Part shown: piece after piece, positions 8,577-16,574 of the stretch
How the letters are laid out: each line of letters opens with the position of its first letter
Numbering within the stretch: position 1 is the first letter of the stretch
NCBI GenBank assembly: GCA_947446815.1
Contig: CANFGT010000008.1
Span: 44,160 to 108,159 of the forward strand
Direction of reading: 5' to 3'
Source: Acidimicrobiaceae bacterium
GTDB taxonomy: Bacteria; Actinomycetota; Acidimicrobiia; Acidimicrobiales; Ilumatobacteraceae
Length of the DNA: 64,000 nt
Made by a program: the position numbers and the translations under genes
The notes under the pieces: generated by a model
What the model saw: the letters and a program-made list of their open reading frames with translations, nothing else
Told to the model about the DNA's origin: nothing
Databases searched by the model: none

Positions 8577-9827
8577 CTAATCCACTGAGGCATACGAGCC
8601 AGCGGAGCCAGTAAGGCCATCGAGTTCCTGGACGCACTGATCGAGATCGACGAGAAACTCCGCGATACGAGCTTCGTGACCGGCATGAACCGTGAGGTGA
8701 ATGCTGGGCGGTGGACCTTGACGATCCATGTACCAACCGCGTGCAATGAGTAGCTCTGCAAGTGCAAATACGTCATGACGCTTTGGGTCGGCTGTACCGA
8801 AGCAGAGGAGTGTTGTGTCGGGCATGGCACGAAGAGAAAGCAATGGGTGCGCATCAATGTGTCGTGCAATGGTGAGTGCACTGAGGCGAGCACTGCTCGT
8901 AGCCGCGCGGTAACCGTTGTCGCCAAGGAATCTCATAACGGCCCACGCCGATGCGATGGGTCCGCCGGATTTTGTTCCGAGAATGCCTGATGAGCCGTAC
9001 ATGCCGCCGAGCCAATTATCCGTCATGAACGTTTGGTCGTTTCGCAAAGTTTTGTTGCGATGAAGCAAAACACCAGCACCCTTTGACGTGTATCCATATT
9101 TATGGAGATCAACGGAAATAGACGTGACTCCTTCGACGCGGAAATCCCAAGGAGCAACTTCTTCGCCCAGCATCTCTAGATAGGGAAGCGTTACGCCTCC
9201 CATGCACGCATCGACGTGACAATTGATGTCGCGCTCAAGAGCAATTGATGCGATGTGCACAATGGGGTCGACGACACCTTGTGGATACTGGGGAGCAGAA
9301 CCAACGATCAGAATCGTGTTGTCATCAACGGCTGCACGCATCGCACTGATGTTGGCACGCCAGTCAGGACCAACATCAACTCGGCGACTCTCGACATTGA
9401 AATAGTCGGCTCCTTTTTCTAGAGCTGCATGCGCTGAAGTTGGCAGGACCATATTGGGGGTGCTGGTGAGGCGACCTTCTCGCTTGGCTCGCATCACTGC
9501 GGCGCGGACAACGAGTACGAGGCTCTCCGTGCCACCTGAGGTCATAAAGCCAGCAACGTCGTCATCTCCGTTGCACCAGCCAGTCACCGTGTCAACAACT
9601 TCTTGCTGCATGTGCTTGAGCGAAGGGAACGCCGCAGTGTTGAGTGCGTTCTCACCAGAGAACCTTCGATAGGCCTCTTCAGCGATGGCCAATTGTTCGG
9701 GACTGGACGAATAGGCGAGCGTGAAGCACCGACCATCGCGCCAGCGCACATCGTGCGCGCGAAAGGCTTCCATCTCATTGAGAACGTCTTGTGCGCCGAT
9801 GCCGTCCTGGAGGGTTCTGATTGCCAT
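8577..9827 (-). CDS. PLP-dependent decarboxylase (group II / sphingosine-1-phosphate-lyase-like)
   Basis: TSGGTESLVLVV...HVDACMGG...SISVDLHKYGYTSKGAGVLLHRN carries the PLP-lysine motif. The ORF opens at TTG 9848. ATG 9827 is preferred. Confidence 0.8.
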   Translation of the reverse strand: MAIRTLQDGIGAQDVLNEMEAFRAHDVRWRDGRCFTLAYSSSPEQLAIAEEAYRRFSGENALNTAAFPSLKHMQQEVVDTVTGWCNGDDDVAGFMTSGGTESLVLVVRAAVMRAKREGRLTSTPNMVLPTSAHAALEKGADYFNVESRRVDVGPDWRANISAMRAAVDDNTILIVGSAPQYPQGVVDPIVHIASIALERDINCHVDACMGGVTLPYLEMLGEEVAPWDFRVEGVTSISVDLHKYGYTSKGAGVLLHRNKTLRNDQTFMTDNWLGGMYGSSGILGTKSGGPIASAWAVMRFLGDNGYRAATSSARLSALTIARHIDAHPLLSLRAMPDTTLLCFGTADPKRHDVFALAELLIARGWYMDRQGPPPSIHLTVHAGHEARIAEFLVDLDQCVQELDGLTGSAGSYASVD

Positions 9828-9914
9828 GGTGAGAACCTTAGGTGCCAAGCAGTTGGGGAGAACCGTCTCAAACCTTTGTGGGTATTGCTTTATACATAAA
9901 TTACATAACGGACA

Positions 9915-10292
9915 TTATGGGCGTACGGAAGGGTGAAGAGAAGCGGAGGCCACAGGCTCAGCTGCATCCATGACCCAGTCCAGAATCTCTCGAATTGACT
10001 CTTTTGTATGTCGTGGTTTTCCTAAGTCGTTACGAGCATCTGTGAGCGCACAATGCAAAACGTAAATTTGGTCTTTGAGAAGGTCGAGTTCTTCACGAGT
10101 CATCACTAACTCGTTCTCGGATAATTCCAATTCCGAGGCTCTCTGTCTGGATACCCAATCCCATTGACGACATTTCTGGCTGCAGAACTCTTTGCGTCTA
10201 CCCGGGCCATCTTGGATCGGTAAGGCATGTCGACACCATCTGCATCGGCGATCTGTTCCCCGCACCTCTGCCCCGTCTCCTAATTTCGTCAT
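9915..10292 (-). CDS. hypothetical protein with N-terminal zinc ribbon and predicted coiled-coil
   Basis: CRWCRHALP...FCSQKCRQWDW (CxxC...CxxxC), then ELELSENELVMTREELDLLKDQIYVL. No family recognised. Confidence 0.55.
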   Translation of the reverse strand: MTKLGDGAEVRGTDRRCRWCRHALPIQDGPGRRKEFCSQKCRQWDWVSRQRASELELSENELVMTREELDLLKDQIYVLHCALTDARNDLGKPRHTKESIREILDWVMDAAEPVASASLHPSVRP

Positions 10293-10298
10293 GACGTA

Positions 10299-11375
10299 AT
10301 GATAATGACAAGTAGGTTATTGATTGTGGATTTTCCCCCAGCACCCCGCAGTTTTTTCGCCAGTGACAATTTCAGCGGCACTCATCCTCGATACCTCGAT
10401 GCCATCGCTCGCGCCAATGAAGGCCACGTCATGGCATACGGCGGTGATTCATTGACGAAGCACGCCGCTTCCCTCTTTTCAGAACTGTGTGATGAAGACG
10501 TTGATGTGCTTTTTACGTTCAATGGCACTGGTTCCAACATCGTCGCGCTCGCAAGTCTCTTACAGCCTGCAGACTCTGTGATCTGTACGAGTTGGTCGCA
10601 TATCAATGTTGATGAGACAGGTGCCCCTGAAAAATTCTTGGGTGTCAAATTGCAAGATGTTGATTGTCCTGACGGCAAATTGAAGCCAACTGATATTGAG
10701 GCGTTGGCTGGTGCAATCGGAAACGTGCATCATGTGCAACCAGGCGTTGTGTCTTTAACACAGGCAACGGAACTTGGTGGTCTGTATTCCATCGAAGAAA
10801 TTCGTGCGATTTGTGACACTGCGCATTCATTCGGCATGCGCGTTCACCTTGATGGAGCCCGAATTTCTAACGCTGTCGCTGCATTGGGTGGCGATGCAAA
10901 AACATTCCGCGCTCTGACATTTGGCGCCGGTGTTGACGCGGTTTCTTTCGGAGGAACCAAGAACGGCATGTTGGGCGCTGAGGCTGTCCTTCTACGTCGT
11001 GGAGTTGCATCTGATCGCAGTGGTTACATCCGTAAACAAGCCACTCAGTTGCCCTCGAAGCAGCGTTATGTGGCGGCCCAATTTATTGAGGCTCTGAGCG
11101 ACGGTCTGTGGATCGAAACTGCCGGACAAGCAAATGCGATGGCTCGGCGTCTTCACTCGGCAGTGGCGGGTATATCCGGGTTGGACATTGACCCTCCTGC
11201 GGTGAACAGCATGTACCCGATCCTCCCACCCGCTGTGAAGAAGCAATTGCAAGACTGGAGCTTCTTCTGGGATTGGGATGAATCGCGCTCTCAGGTGCGC
11301 TGGATGACCTCCTGGGACACATCGGAGGCAGATGTCGATGCCTTCGCAGCGGGTGTGGCAGCTGCCTTCGCCTAA
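10299..11375 (+). CDS. threonine aldolase family (beta-eliminating lyase fold) protein
   Basis: FASDNFSGTHPRYLDAI...FTFNGTGSNIVAL...HLDGARISNA...SFGGTKNGMLGAEAVLL. Start uncertain: ATG 10299 or GTG 10326. Confidence 0.8.
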   Translation: MIMTSRLLIVDFPPAPRSFFASDNFSGTHPRYLDAIARANEGHVMAYGGDSLTKHAASLFSELCDEDVDVLFTFNGTGSNIVALASLLQPADSVICTSWSHINVDETGAPEKFLGVKLQDVDCPDGKLKPTDIEALAGAIGNVHHVQPGVVSLTQATELGGLYSIEEIRAICDTAHSFGMRVHLDGARISNAVAALGGDAKTFRALTFGAGVDAVSFGGTKNGMLGAEAVLLRRGVASDRSGYIRKQATQLPSKQRYVAAQFIEALSDGLWIETAGQANAMARRLHSAVAGISGLDIDPPAVNSMYPILPPAVKKQLQDWSFFWDWDESRSQVRWMTSWDTSEADVDAFAAGVAAAFA

Positions 11376-11377
11376 CG

Positions 11378-11421
11378 CAATTCTTGTCCGAAATGTCAAG
11401 AATTGACTGAGGAGTCAATTC
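11378..11421 (+). promoter_or_regulatory. two overlapping perfect 9-bp inverted repeats upstream of whiB
   Basis: IR1 is CAATTCTTG (11378-11386) / CAAGAATTG (11397-11405). IR2 is GAATTGACT (11400-11408) / AGTCAATTC (11413-21). They share 11400-11405, so the two hairpins are mutually exclusive. Confidence 0.5.
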
Positions 11422-11430
11422 CGCTAATCT
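11403..11430 (+). promoter_or_regulatory. candidate promoter for whiB (TTGACT-N16-TAATCT)
   Basis: TTGACT at 11403-11408 and TAATCT at 11425-11430, about 30 nt upstream of ATG 11461. The -35 element lies inside the inverted repeats. Confidence 0.3.
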
Positions 11431-11460
11431 GTCCAAGGGCACTGCAGTTGGGGGACAACG

Positions 11461-11766
11461 ATGGCCATTGGAGATTTGTTCGCTTTCAGAGAGTGGGATG
11501 ACACCTCATGGTCTGGTCTTGCCGAATGCAAAGGACTTGCCGCAATCTTCTTCCCTCCTGCAGCGGAGCGACCACAAGCTCGTGAGCGTCGTGAGGCTCA
11601 AGCTCGAGAAGTATGTCAATCCTGTGAAGTCTTGATTGATTGCAGAGATTTTGCTCGTCGTAACCGAGAGTACGGATTCTGGGGTGGCGAATCAGAAGAG
11701 GAACGCCACGCCGCGGGATATCGACTGATTGCACCAATCGGCGTGCGCGCACGCAACATTTCGTAG
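11461..11766 (+). CDS. WhiB-family transcriptional regulator (Fe-S)
   Basis: Four Cys in the WhiB pattern (AECKG...VCQSCEVLIDC = C-Xn-C-X2-C-X5-C). Then GFWGG and a basic tail. Confidence 0.85.
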   Translation: MAIGDLFAFREWDDTSWSGLAECKGLAAIFFPPAAERPQARERREAQAREVCQSCEVLIDCRDFARRNREYGFWGGESEEERHAAGYRLIAPIGVRARNIS

Positions 11767-11788
11767 CCGATTTTTCTTTCCGGCTTTT

Positions 11789-12580
11789 TTACTTTTTCCG
11801 CAACGCCACAGCTGTCCAGCCATCAAGTTCATCGCGCTGTACTTCTGTGAAGTCAATGAACTCATTCAAAACGCGTTCCGCTTGTTCGTTTCGCATTCCG
11901 CTCAAAACAAGTAATCCCCCACTTGCTGTTGCGCTAGAAATTTGCTCAGACTCTTCGATGAGGACCGGAGCCAGAATGTTCGCCAATACAACTTGCGATG
12001 GGAATGACGGATAGCCGTTGACCCAAGACACTGATGACGTGTTGTTCAATCGGGCATTGTCCGCAACAGCTTTTTTCGCACTATCAGCAATGTCAAATGT
12101 CAGACACGTGCACTGCCTCAGCACCGCGAGGCCCACAGCAAGAACTCCCGAGCCACAACCCAAATCAAAAACTGTGCAGGGCTCTGTCACATTTTGTAAT
12201 GCAAGACGCAATGTCAGCACCGTGGTGGGATGATTTCCTAAGCCAAAAGTGTCGAGAGGCTCAACAAAAATTGGAGTGCAATTTGCCGGTGCGTCAATCC
12301 ATGCGGGCACTAATGCCACATCGTTGTTGACCCACGTTGCAACAGCATGGTCTCGCCAAGTATCTGCCACTGAACGATTGACGTCAATGCGCGAAATCGT
12401 TACTTCTGGGAAAGATGCAAAAACAAAAGCGATGGCATTTTCTGGTTCGTCACCCATGCTCGTACGCAGAGTGGTCATGTTGTTAATTCCGTCGCGTTCT
12501 TCGATGGCAACAACACCCAGCGACCACAAAAGATCAGAGACCAACTCAACTTGATGAATGTCGACTGTGAAGTCGACCAT
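11789..12580 (-). CDS. class I SAM-dependent methyltransferase, PrmA (ribosomal protein L11 methyltransferase)-like
   Basis: VFDLGCGSGVLAVGLA (motif I), a PrmA-like N-terminal domain and ANILAPVL. ATG 12580 (MVDFTVD) is preferred over the ORF opening at 12742, which overlaps the upstream gene. Confidence 0.7.
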   Translation of the reverse strand: MVDFTVDIHQVELVSDLLWSLGVVAIEERDGINNMTTLRTSMGDEPENAIAFVFASFPEVTISRIDVNRSVADTWRDHAVATWVNNDVALVPAWIDAPANCTPIFVEPLDTFGLGNHPTTVLTLRLALQNVTEPCTVFDLGCGSGVLAVGLAVLRQCTCLTFDIADSAKKAVADNARLNNTSSVSWVNGYPSFPSQVVLANILAPVLIEESEQISSATASGGLLVLSGMRNEQAERVLNEFIDFTEVQRDELDGWTAVALRKK

Positions 12581-12590
12581 TGGCCAAGAG

Positions 12591-13109
12591 CTAGTCGATT
12601 CGGCGAAGTTGTTCACGGAAACGCACGCCCTTGTGGATGTAGGCAAGTGCTGCGAATTCAATGTCTTCTTTGCGCGCTCGACCTTCTTTGATAACGGCAG
12701 GTGCACCAACAGCAAGAGCTCCCGCCGGAACAACGGTGTCATTCAAGACGACTGCATTGGCAGCAACAATGGCGCCGGTGCTGACGACTGCGCGATGTAA
12801 CACCACTGACCCAGATGACACTTGAGCACCATCTTCAATCACACAACCCTCAAGATGCACGATGTGTCCAATCACGCAGTCATTACCCACCGTGGTGTGG
12901 TTTGCAGGGGTGGTGTGGACCACAGTGCCGTCCTGGATGCTGGTGCGCTCCCCGATCACAATGGCACCGTCATCACCCCGCAACACTGCACCGGACCAGA
13001 TCGAACTCTGTGCTCCAATCGTGACGGAACCGATGATGACGGCATCGGGTGAGATGAAGGCCGTTGGGTCGATGACGGGAACTTGGTCACCAAGTGCGTA
13101 GATAGGCAT
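12591..13109 (-). CDS. gamma-class carbonic anhydrase family (left-handed beta-helix) protein
   Basis: VIDPTAFISPDAVIIGSVTIGAQSSIWSGAVLRGD...IGERTSIQDGTVVH...GHIVHLEGC shows hexapeptide repeats typical of the YrdA/gamma-CA family. Confidence 0.8.
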   Translation of the reverse strand: MPIYALGDQVPVIDPTAFISPDAVIIGSVTIGAQSSIWSGAVLRGDDGAIVIGERTSIQDGTVVHTTPANHTTVGNDCVIGHIVHLEGCVIEDGAQVSSGSVVLHRAVVSTGAIVAANAVVLNDTVVPAGALAVGAPAVIKEGRARKEDIEFAALAYIHKGVRFREQLRRID

Positions 13110-13179
13110 TTGCGAAGACTAGCGATGGGGCTATCCAGGCTGATGGTCGAGGGTAAAACGGAGATACCGTAGAACACCT

Positions 13180-14583
13180 ATGTCACGACGTATCGAGATC
13201 GAACTCACCAGCAAGCGCGAAGATGGCACTTGGACGTGGCGCGCTGCAGGCGCGCTTCAGCCCAAGGGTGTCGTCGCAGACTCCGTAGTGCCTTCAGGCA
13301 CCGCAGTGAAGGACGTCGTTCGAGCTGAAGTGGAGTCCGACTTGGACGGCACACGCGTGCTTTCCATCACCGCTCCCAAGCAGAAGTCCGCACGCGAAGG
13401 TCTTCTCGAGATACTTCCGTCCGAAAAGCCTTTTGAGGCTGTGACGCAGCAACTTCGCAAGAAGGGTCCGCGCGATGGAGACAAGCGCCGTGGACCACGT
13501 CGTGATGGTGATAAGCCGCGCGGTGAGCGTCGCGATGGTGACAAGCCACGTGGAGAGCGCCGTGAAGGTAGCGAGGGTCGTGGAGATCGTCCACGTCGTC
13601 CGTTCTTTGAGACACCTCCTGAATTGCCTCAGCGTCCTAAGCCAAAGCGCATTAAGCCTCGACGCGTCAATGTCGATGCAGTTCTCGCAGAACTTCCCGA
13701 GGCGCAGCGTGCAATCGCCGAAAAAGTGCTCCTTGGTGGCGTACCAGCGGTTCGTGCAGCTGTTGAAGAGCAGAATAAGAAAGCTGTGGCAGAAGGTCGC
13801 GAGAAGATTCCCGCAGATGGTCTTGTTGTGATTGCTGAACAGTTGCTTCCACGTCTTCGTGTTGCTGAATGGCGTGACCGCGCATCGTCTGCTGAGACAA
13901 TTATTGAAGACATCGATCTTCGCGATCTTCGTTCCATCGTGGTGTCGGCAGATCAACTTGTCGCTATCGACGAAGCAACTCGTGCGCTTGTCGCCAAGAT
14001 GAAGCAAGCCCTGGTAGTTCGTCAGGAAACAGAAATTCGTAACTGGTTTGAAGACATCGCATCGGCAACAAAGGTTGGCCGTGTTGTCCGCGCTCTTCGC
14101 TTGTCCTCGCAGCCTCCTAAAGCTGGCGTTCCATTCCCGCCAGCACTTGCGACAGAACTTGTTGACGCAACAGTGGCCGGGATGACAGCGGATGCTCCAT
14201 CTGAGCGATGGATTACTTTGCTTGAAGCAGCAGCGTTCTCCCCTGTTCACGGAAAGATCCTTCCTCCCGCTGTGCCAACGGTGGTCTCCGAGGACTTGCT
14301 GAAGACAATCACCCGCCTCGGACCACTCATGCCGCAGTTGGCTGCATTGTTCGGCGTCATGGTTGACCCCAAGGCTCGTCCGCCGCGTCCTCTGCAGCAG
14401 CCTCGTGGTGACAAGAACCCAAAGAAGCGCGCTGCAGATGTGAACAAGTCCGCTGACGCCAAGGCTCCTCGCGGTCCAAAGCCTCAAGGCGCACCAAAGG
14501 CAACTCCGCCGGCCCCTGTGGCCGTTGAAGAGTCAACTGAGGTTCCTGCAACAGAAGTACCGAGCGACTCCCCCGCCGAATAG
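13180..14583 (+). CDS. hypothetical basic protein with decapeptide repeats
   Basis: 467 aa, rich in R/K/E/A/P, with a central RDGDKPRGER repeat tract and a P/A/K-rich C-terminal tail. No family recognised. Confidence 0.7.
   Translation: MSRRIEIELTSKREDGTWTWRAAGALQPKGVVADSVVPSGTAVKDVVRAEVESDLDGTRVLSITAPKQKSAREGLLEILPSEKPFEAVTQQLRKKGPRDGDKRRGPRRDGDKPRGERRDGDKPRGERREGSEGRGDRPRRPFFETPPELPQRPKPKRIKPRRVNVDAVLAELPEAQRAIAEKVLLGGVPAVRAAVEEQNKKAVAEGREKIPADGLVVIAEQLLPRLRVAEWRDRASSAETIIEDIDLRDLRSIVVSADQLVAIDEATRALVAKMKQALVVRQETEIRNWFEDIASATKVGRVVRALRLSSQPPKAGVPFPPALATELVDATVAGMTADAPSERWITLLEAAAFSPVHGKILPPAVPTVVSEDLLKTITRLGPLMPQLAALFGVMVDPKARPPRPLQQPRGDKNPKKRAADVNKSADAKAPRGPKPQGAPKATPPAPVAVEESTEVPATEVPSDSPAE
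13471..13590 (+). repeat. 4 x 30-nt in-frame tandem repeat encoding RDGDK(R/P)RG(P/E)R
   Basis: Units at 13471, 13501, 13531 and 13561. Units 2 and 3 encode the identical peptide RDGDKPRGER but differ at several synonymous positions. Confidence 0.9.
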
Positions 14584-14618
14584 GCCTCCTGGCTCATGTC
14601 GCCACTACGGTGACAAAC

Positions 14619-15401
14619 ATGTCTGAATTGGTTACATACGAAGTCCGCGGCCAAGTTGCGGTGATCACTCTGAATCGTCCTGATGCGCGTAATGCGATCA
14701 ATGATGATGTTGCACAAGCAATGGAATCAGCCATTGATCGGCTTGAAGCTGACGACAATGTGTGGGTCGGTGTTCTCACAGCCAATACTGAGGGCCATAA
14801 GTCTCCGGTTTTTTGTGCGGGTGCCGATTTGAAAGCATTGAGCGCAGGCGGCCAAACACTGGGTACAAAGCGCGGTGGATTCGCCGGATTTGTGTATCGC
14901 GAACGCAACAAGCCGGTCATCGCCGCTGTCGATGGTCTTGCTACAGCAGGAGGCTGTGAAATCGTGCTCGCATCAGACATGGTGATTGCCACCACGCGCT
15001 CTTCTTTTGGACTTGCTGAAGTGAAACGCAATCTCATCGCCGGCGCTGGCGGACTTTTTCGACTCCCTCGCGCAATTGGTAAATCAGTCGCGATGGAAGT
15101 CATCTTGACTGGTGACCCATTGACTGCCGAACGCGCCTATCAACTTGGGCTTGTTAATCATGTTGTTGCACCTGGTGAAGCACTAAACGCAGCAATCGAA
15201 TTGGCGAACAAAATTGCAACTTCTGCACCGATGGCAGTTGCAGCAAGCCGACGTGTTGTGTTGGCTTCCGCATTTGAGAGCGACGAAGCTCTCATCAAGA
15301 TGACCAATGCAGAGTTTGCACCGATCATGAAATCTGAAGACACCAAAGAGGGACTAACAGCTTTTATTGAAAAGCGTGCTCCCCAGTGGAAGGGTCGCTA
15401 G
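14619..15401 (+). CDS. enoyl-CoA hydratase/isomerase (crotonase) family protein
   Basis: VAVITLNRPDARNAI...FCAGADLKA...IAAVDGLATAGGCEI...FGLAEVKRNL. The ORF opens at GTG 14610. ATG 14619 is preferred. Confidence 0.85.
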   Translation: MSELVTYEVRGQVAVITLNRPDARNAINDDVAQAMESAIDRLEADDNVWVGVLTANTEGHKSPVFCAGADLKALSAGGQTLGTKRGGFAGFVYRERNKPVIAAVDGLATAGGCEIVLASDMVIATTRSSFGLAEVKRNLIAGAGGLFRLPRAIGKSVAMEVILTGDPLTAERAYQLGLVNHVVAPGEALNAAIELANKIATSAPMAVAASRRVVLASAFESDEALIKMTNAEFAPIMKSEDTKEGLTAFIEKRAPQWKGR

Positions 15402-15814
15402 AGGGACTTTCCTACAACAATGGTTTGCGCAATCAAACCGTGTCTCTCAAACAAGTTCTTCATCGCACGATCTCCGGGCAATGCCTGAGCGGAAACTTCT
15501 CTGACGCCACGCTGGCGGAACTCATCGAGCATTGAGAGCAACAGCGCATCACCCAGTCCTACTTCGCGGGTTTCTGGCGTCACAAAAATGTGTTCGATAA
15601 ACCCCGCGGTTCCAGTGAACGTCGCACGTGCACTGCCCATAACGGAACTTCCGTATCCAGCAACGAGAGTAATAGCTTCATCAAATTCAGTTTGCGAACG
15701 CAACTTTCCTCGATAAGCAGAGGATTCCAACGTAGCTGCCGCGATGTGCGCCTCGATGAGTTCCGTATCGGATTCAAGTGCGAGTCGAATGAACATCGTT
15801 ACGTCTGTTGTCAC
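15398..15814 (-). CDS. small GNAT-family N-acetyltransferase
   Basis: 138 aa. IEHIFVTPETREVGLGDALLLSMLDEFRQRG matches GNAT motif A (R/Q-x-x-G-x-G/A). Its GTG start overlaps the stop of the upstream small ORF (GTGA). Its 3' end overlaps the crotonase stop by 4 nt (convergent). Confidence 0.7.
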   Translation of the reverse strand: MTTDVTMFIRLALESDTELIEAHIAAATLESSAYRGKLRSQTEFDEAITLVAGYGSSVMGSARATFTGTAGFIEHIFVTPETREVGLGDALLLSMLDEFRQRGVREVSAQALPGDRAMKNLFERHGLIAQTIVVGKSL

Positions 15815-16002
15815 TTTTCGGAGTCGGGCTGCTGGTGCTGCTCGGTCACTTTCCGGATGTTTTTACTGGCCTCGTTCGCAGCGTGCTTCACTGCGAATTC
15901 TCCAACCATACGAGCCGCTGGTGCTTGCTTCTTTACATCTTCGATCGAGGCATGGATTTTGCGCCACACCGCACGATGAATCGAAACAAGCGGATTCGTC
16001 AT
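15811..16002 (-). CDS. hypothetical small basic protein (63 aa)
   Basis: MTNPLVSIHRAVWRKIHASIEDVKKQ... Its ATG overlaps the DUF4193 stop (ATGA) and its stop overlaps the GNAT start. Coding status is inferred from this coupling only. Confidence 0.4.
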   Translation of the reverse strand: MTNPLVSIHRAVWRKIHASIEDVKKQAPAARMVGEFAVKHAANEASKNIRKVTEQHQQPDSEK

Positions 16003-16454
16003 TTCTTCTTTTTCTTCGCAACCATGGCGCATTCATCGTCACCCATTGGGCAGATCGTCGTGTTCTTGCGCACAAGCATGAAGCATGTGCTGCAGAGAGT
16101 TTCATCAGCACGCTTTGGCTGCAAAGAATCATCGGATCCTGTGCGCTCATCCGTTTCAACAACCTCGTCTTCTTCAGCGGGGAGATCTTCGGATGCGAGA
16201 CGGTCCTTCAGGATCTCCGCAAGGTCCTCTTCGACATCATCGGGAGCGACCATGTCGTCATCGTCTTCGTCATCTTCTGTTGGCTTACGGACGACTGTGG
16301 CGCCCATCGAGTCGTCGTCATCGAGGTCATCCTCGTCATCGTCGGAAAGAAGTGGTTCATCACCTTCGAGGTCGTCGTCAAGGATGTCGAGTTCTTCCTC
16401 GCCATCAATTTCGATTTCTTCCATCTCTTCAGGATCGATGTCATCTTTTGCCAC
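15999..16454 (-). CDS. DUF4193-like protein (highly acidic N-terminal region plus C-terminal 4-Cys zinc-ribbon-like motif)
   Basis: C-terminus LQPKRADETLCSTCFMLVRKNTTICPMGDDECAM resembles DUF4193. A long D/E tract precedes it. GTG 16454 follows GGAGGA with a 7-nt spacer. The ORF opens at 16511. Confidence 0.7.
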   Translation of the reverse strand: MAKDDIDPEEMEEIEIDGEEELDILDDDLEGDEPLLSDDDEDDLDDDDSMGATVVRKPTEDDEDDDDMVAPDDVEEDLAEILKDRLASEDLPAEEDEVVETDERTGSDDSLQPKRADETLCSTCFMLVRKNTTICPMGDDECAMVAKKKKK

Positions 16455-16546
16455 GTTGGATTCCTCCGTTTTGCCACAAGGCTCGGGGCGGGATAATAGG
16501 CATAAAAACACCTCAACACACGAATCCCCAACAATGTTTTCATTTT

Positions 16547-16562
16547 CGTGACGTTCGTCACG
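16547..16562. promoter_or_regulatory. perfect 16-bp palindrome CGTGACGTTCGTCACG (GTGA-N6-TCAC, CRP/FNR-type geometry)
   Basis: Lies in the 120-nt gap between the thyX stop (16575) and the DUF4193 start (16454). There is no U-tract on either strand, so an operator is more likely than a terminator. Confidence 0.5.
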
Positions 16563-16574
16563 CTGAGAAAAACT

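Noticed and set aside
11765-11790. AGCCG...CGGCT stem followed by TTTTTT after whiB, as an intrinsic terminator.
   Set aside because: The stem is only 5 bp with an 11-nt loop, which is too weak to call. It may still contribute to termination between the convergent whiB and PrmA-like genes.
13294-14487. 397-aa ORF on the minus strand, antisense to the 467-aa basic protein gene. Further antisense ORFs lie at 13257-13544, 13629-13937 and others.
   Set aside because: The translation is Cys/Trp/Leu/Arg-rich junk with no motif. The sense strand uses almost only GAx/AAG/CGx/GCx/CCx codons, and their reverse complements rarely give stops. The sense frame carries the conserved decapeptide repeat.
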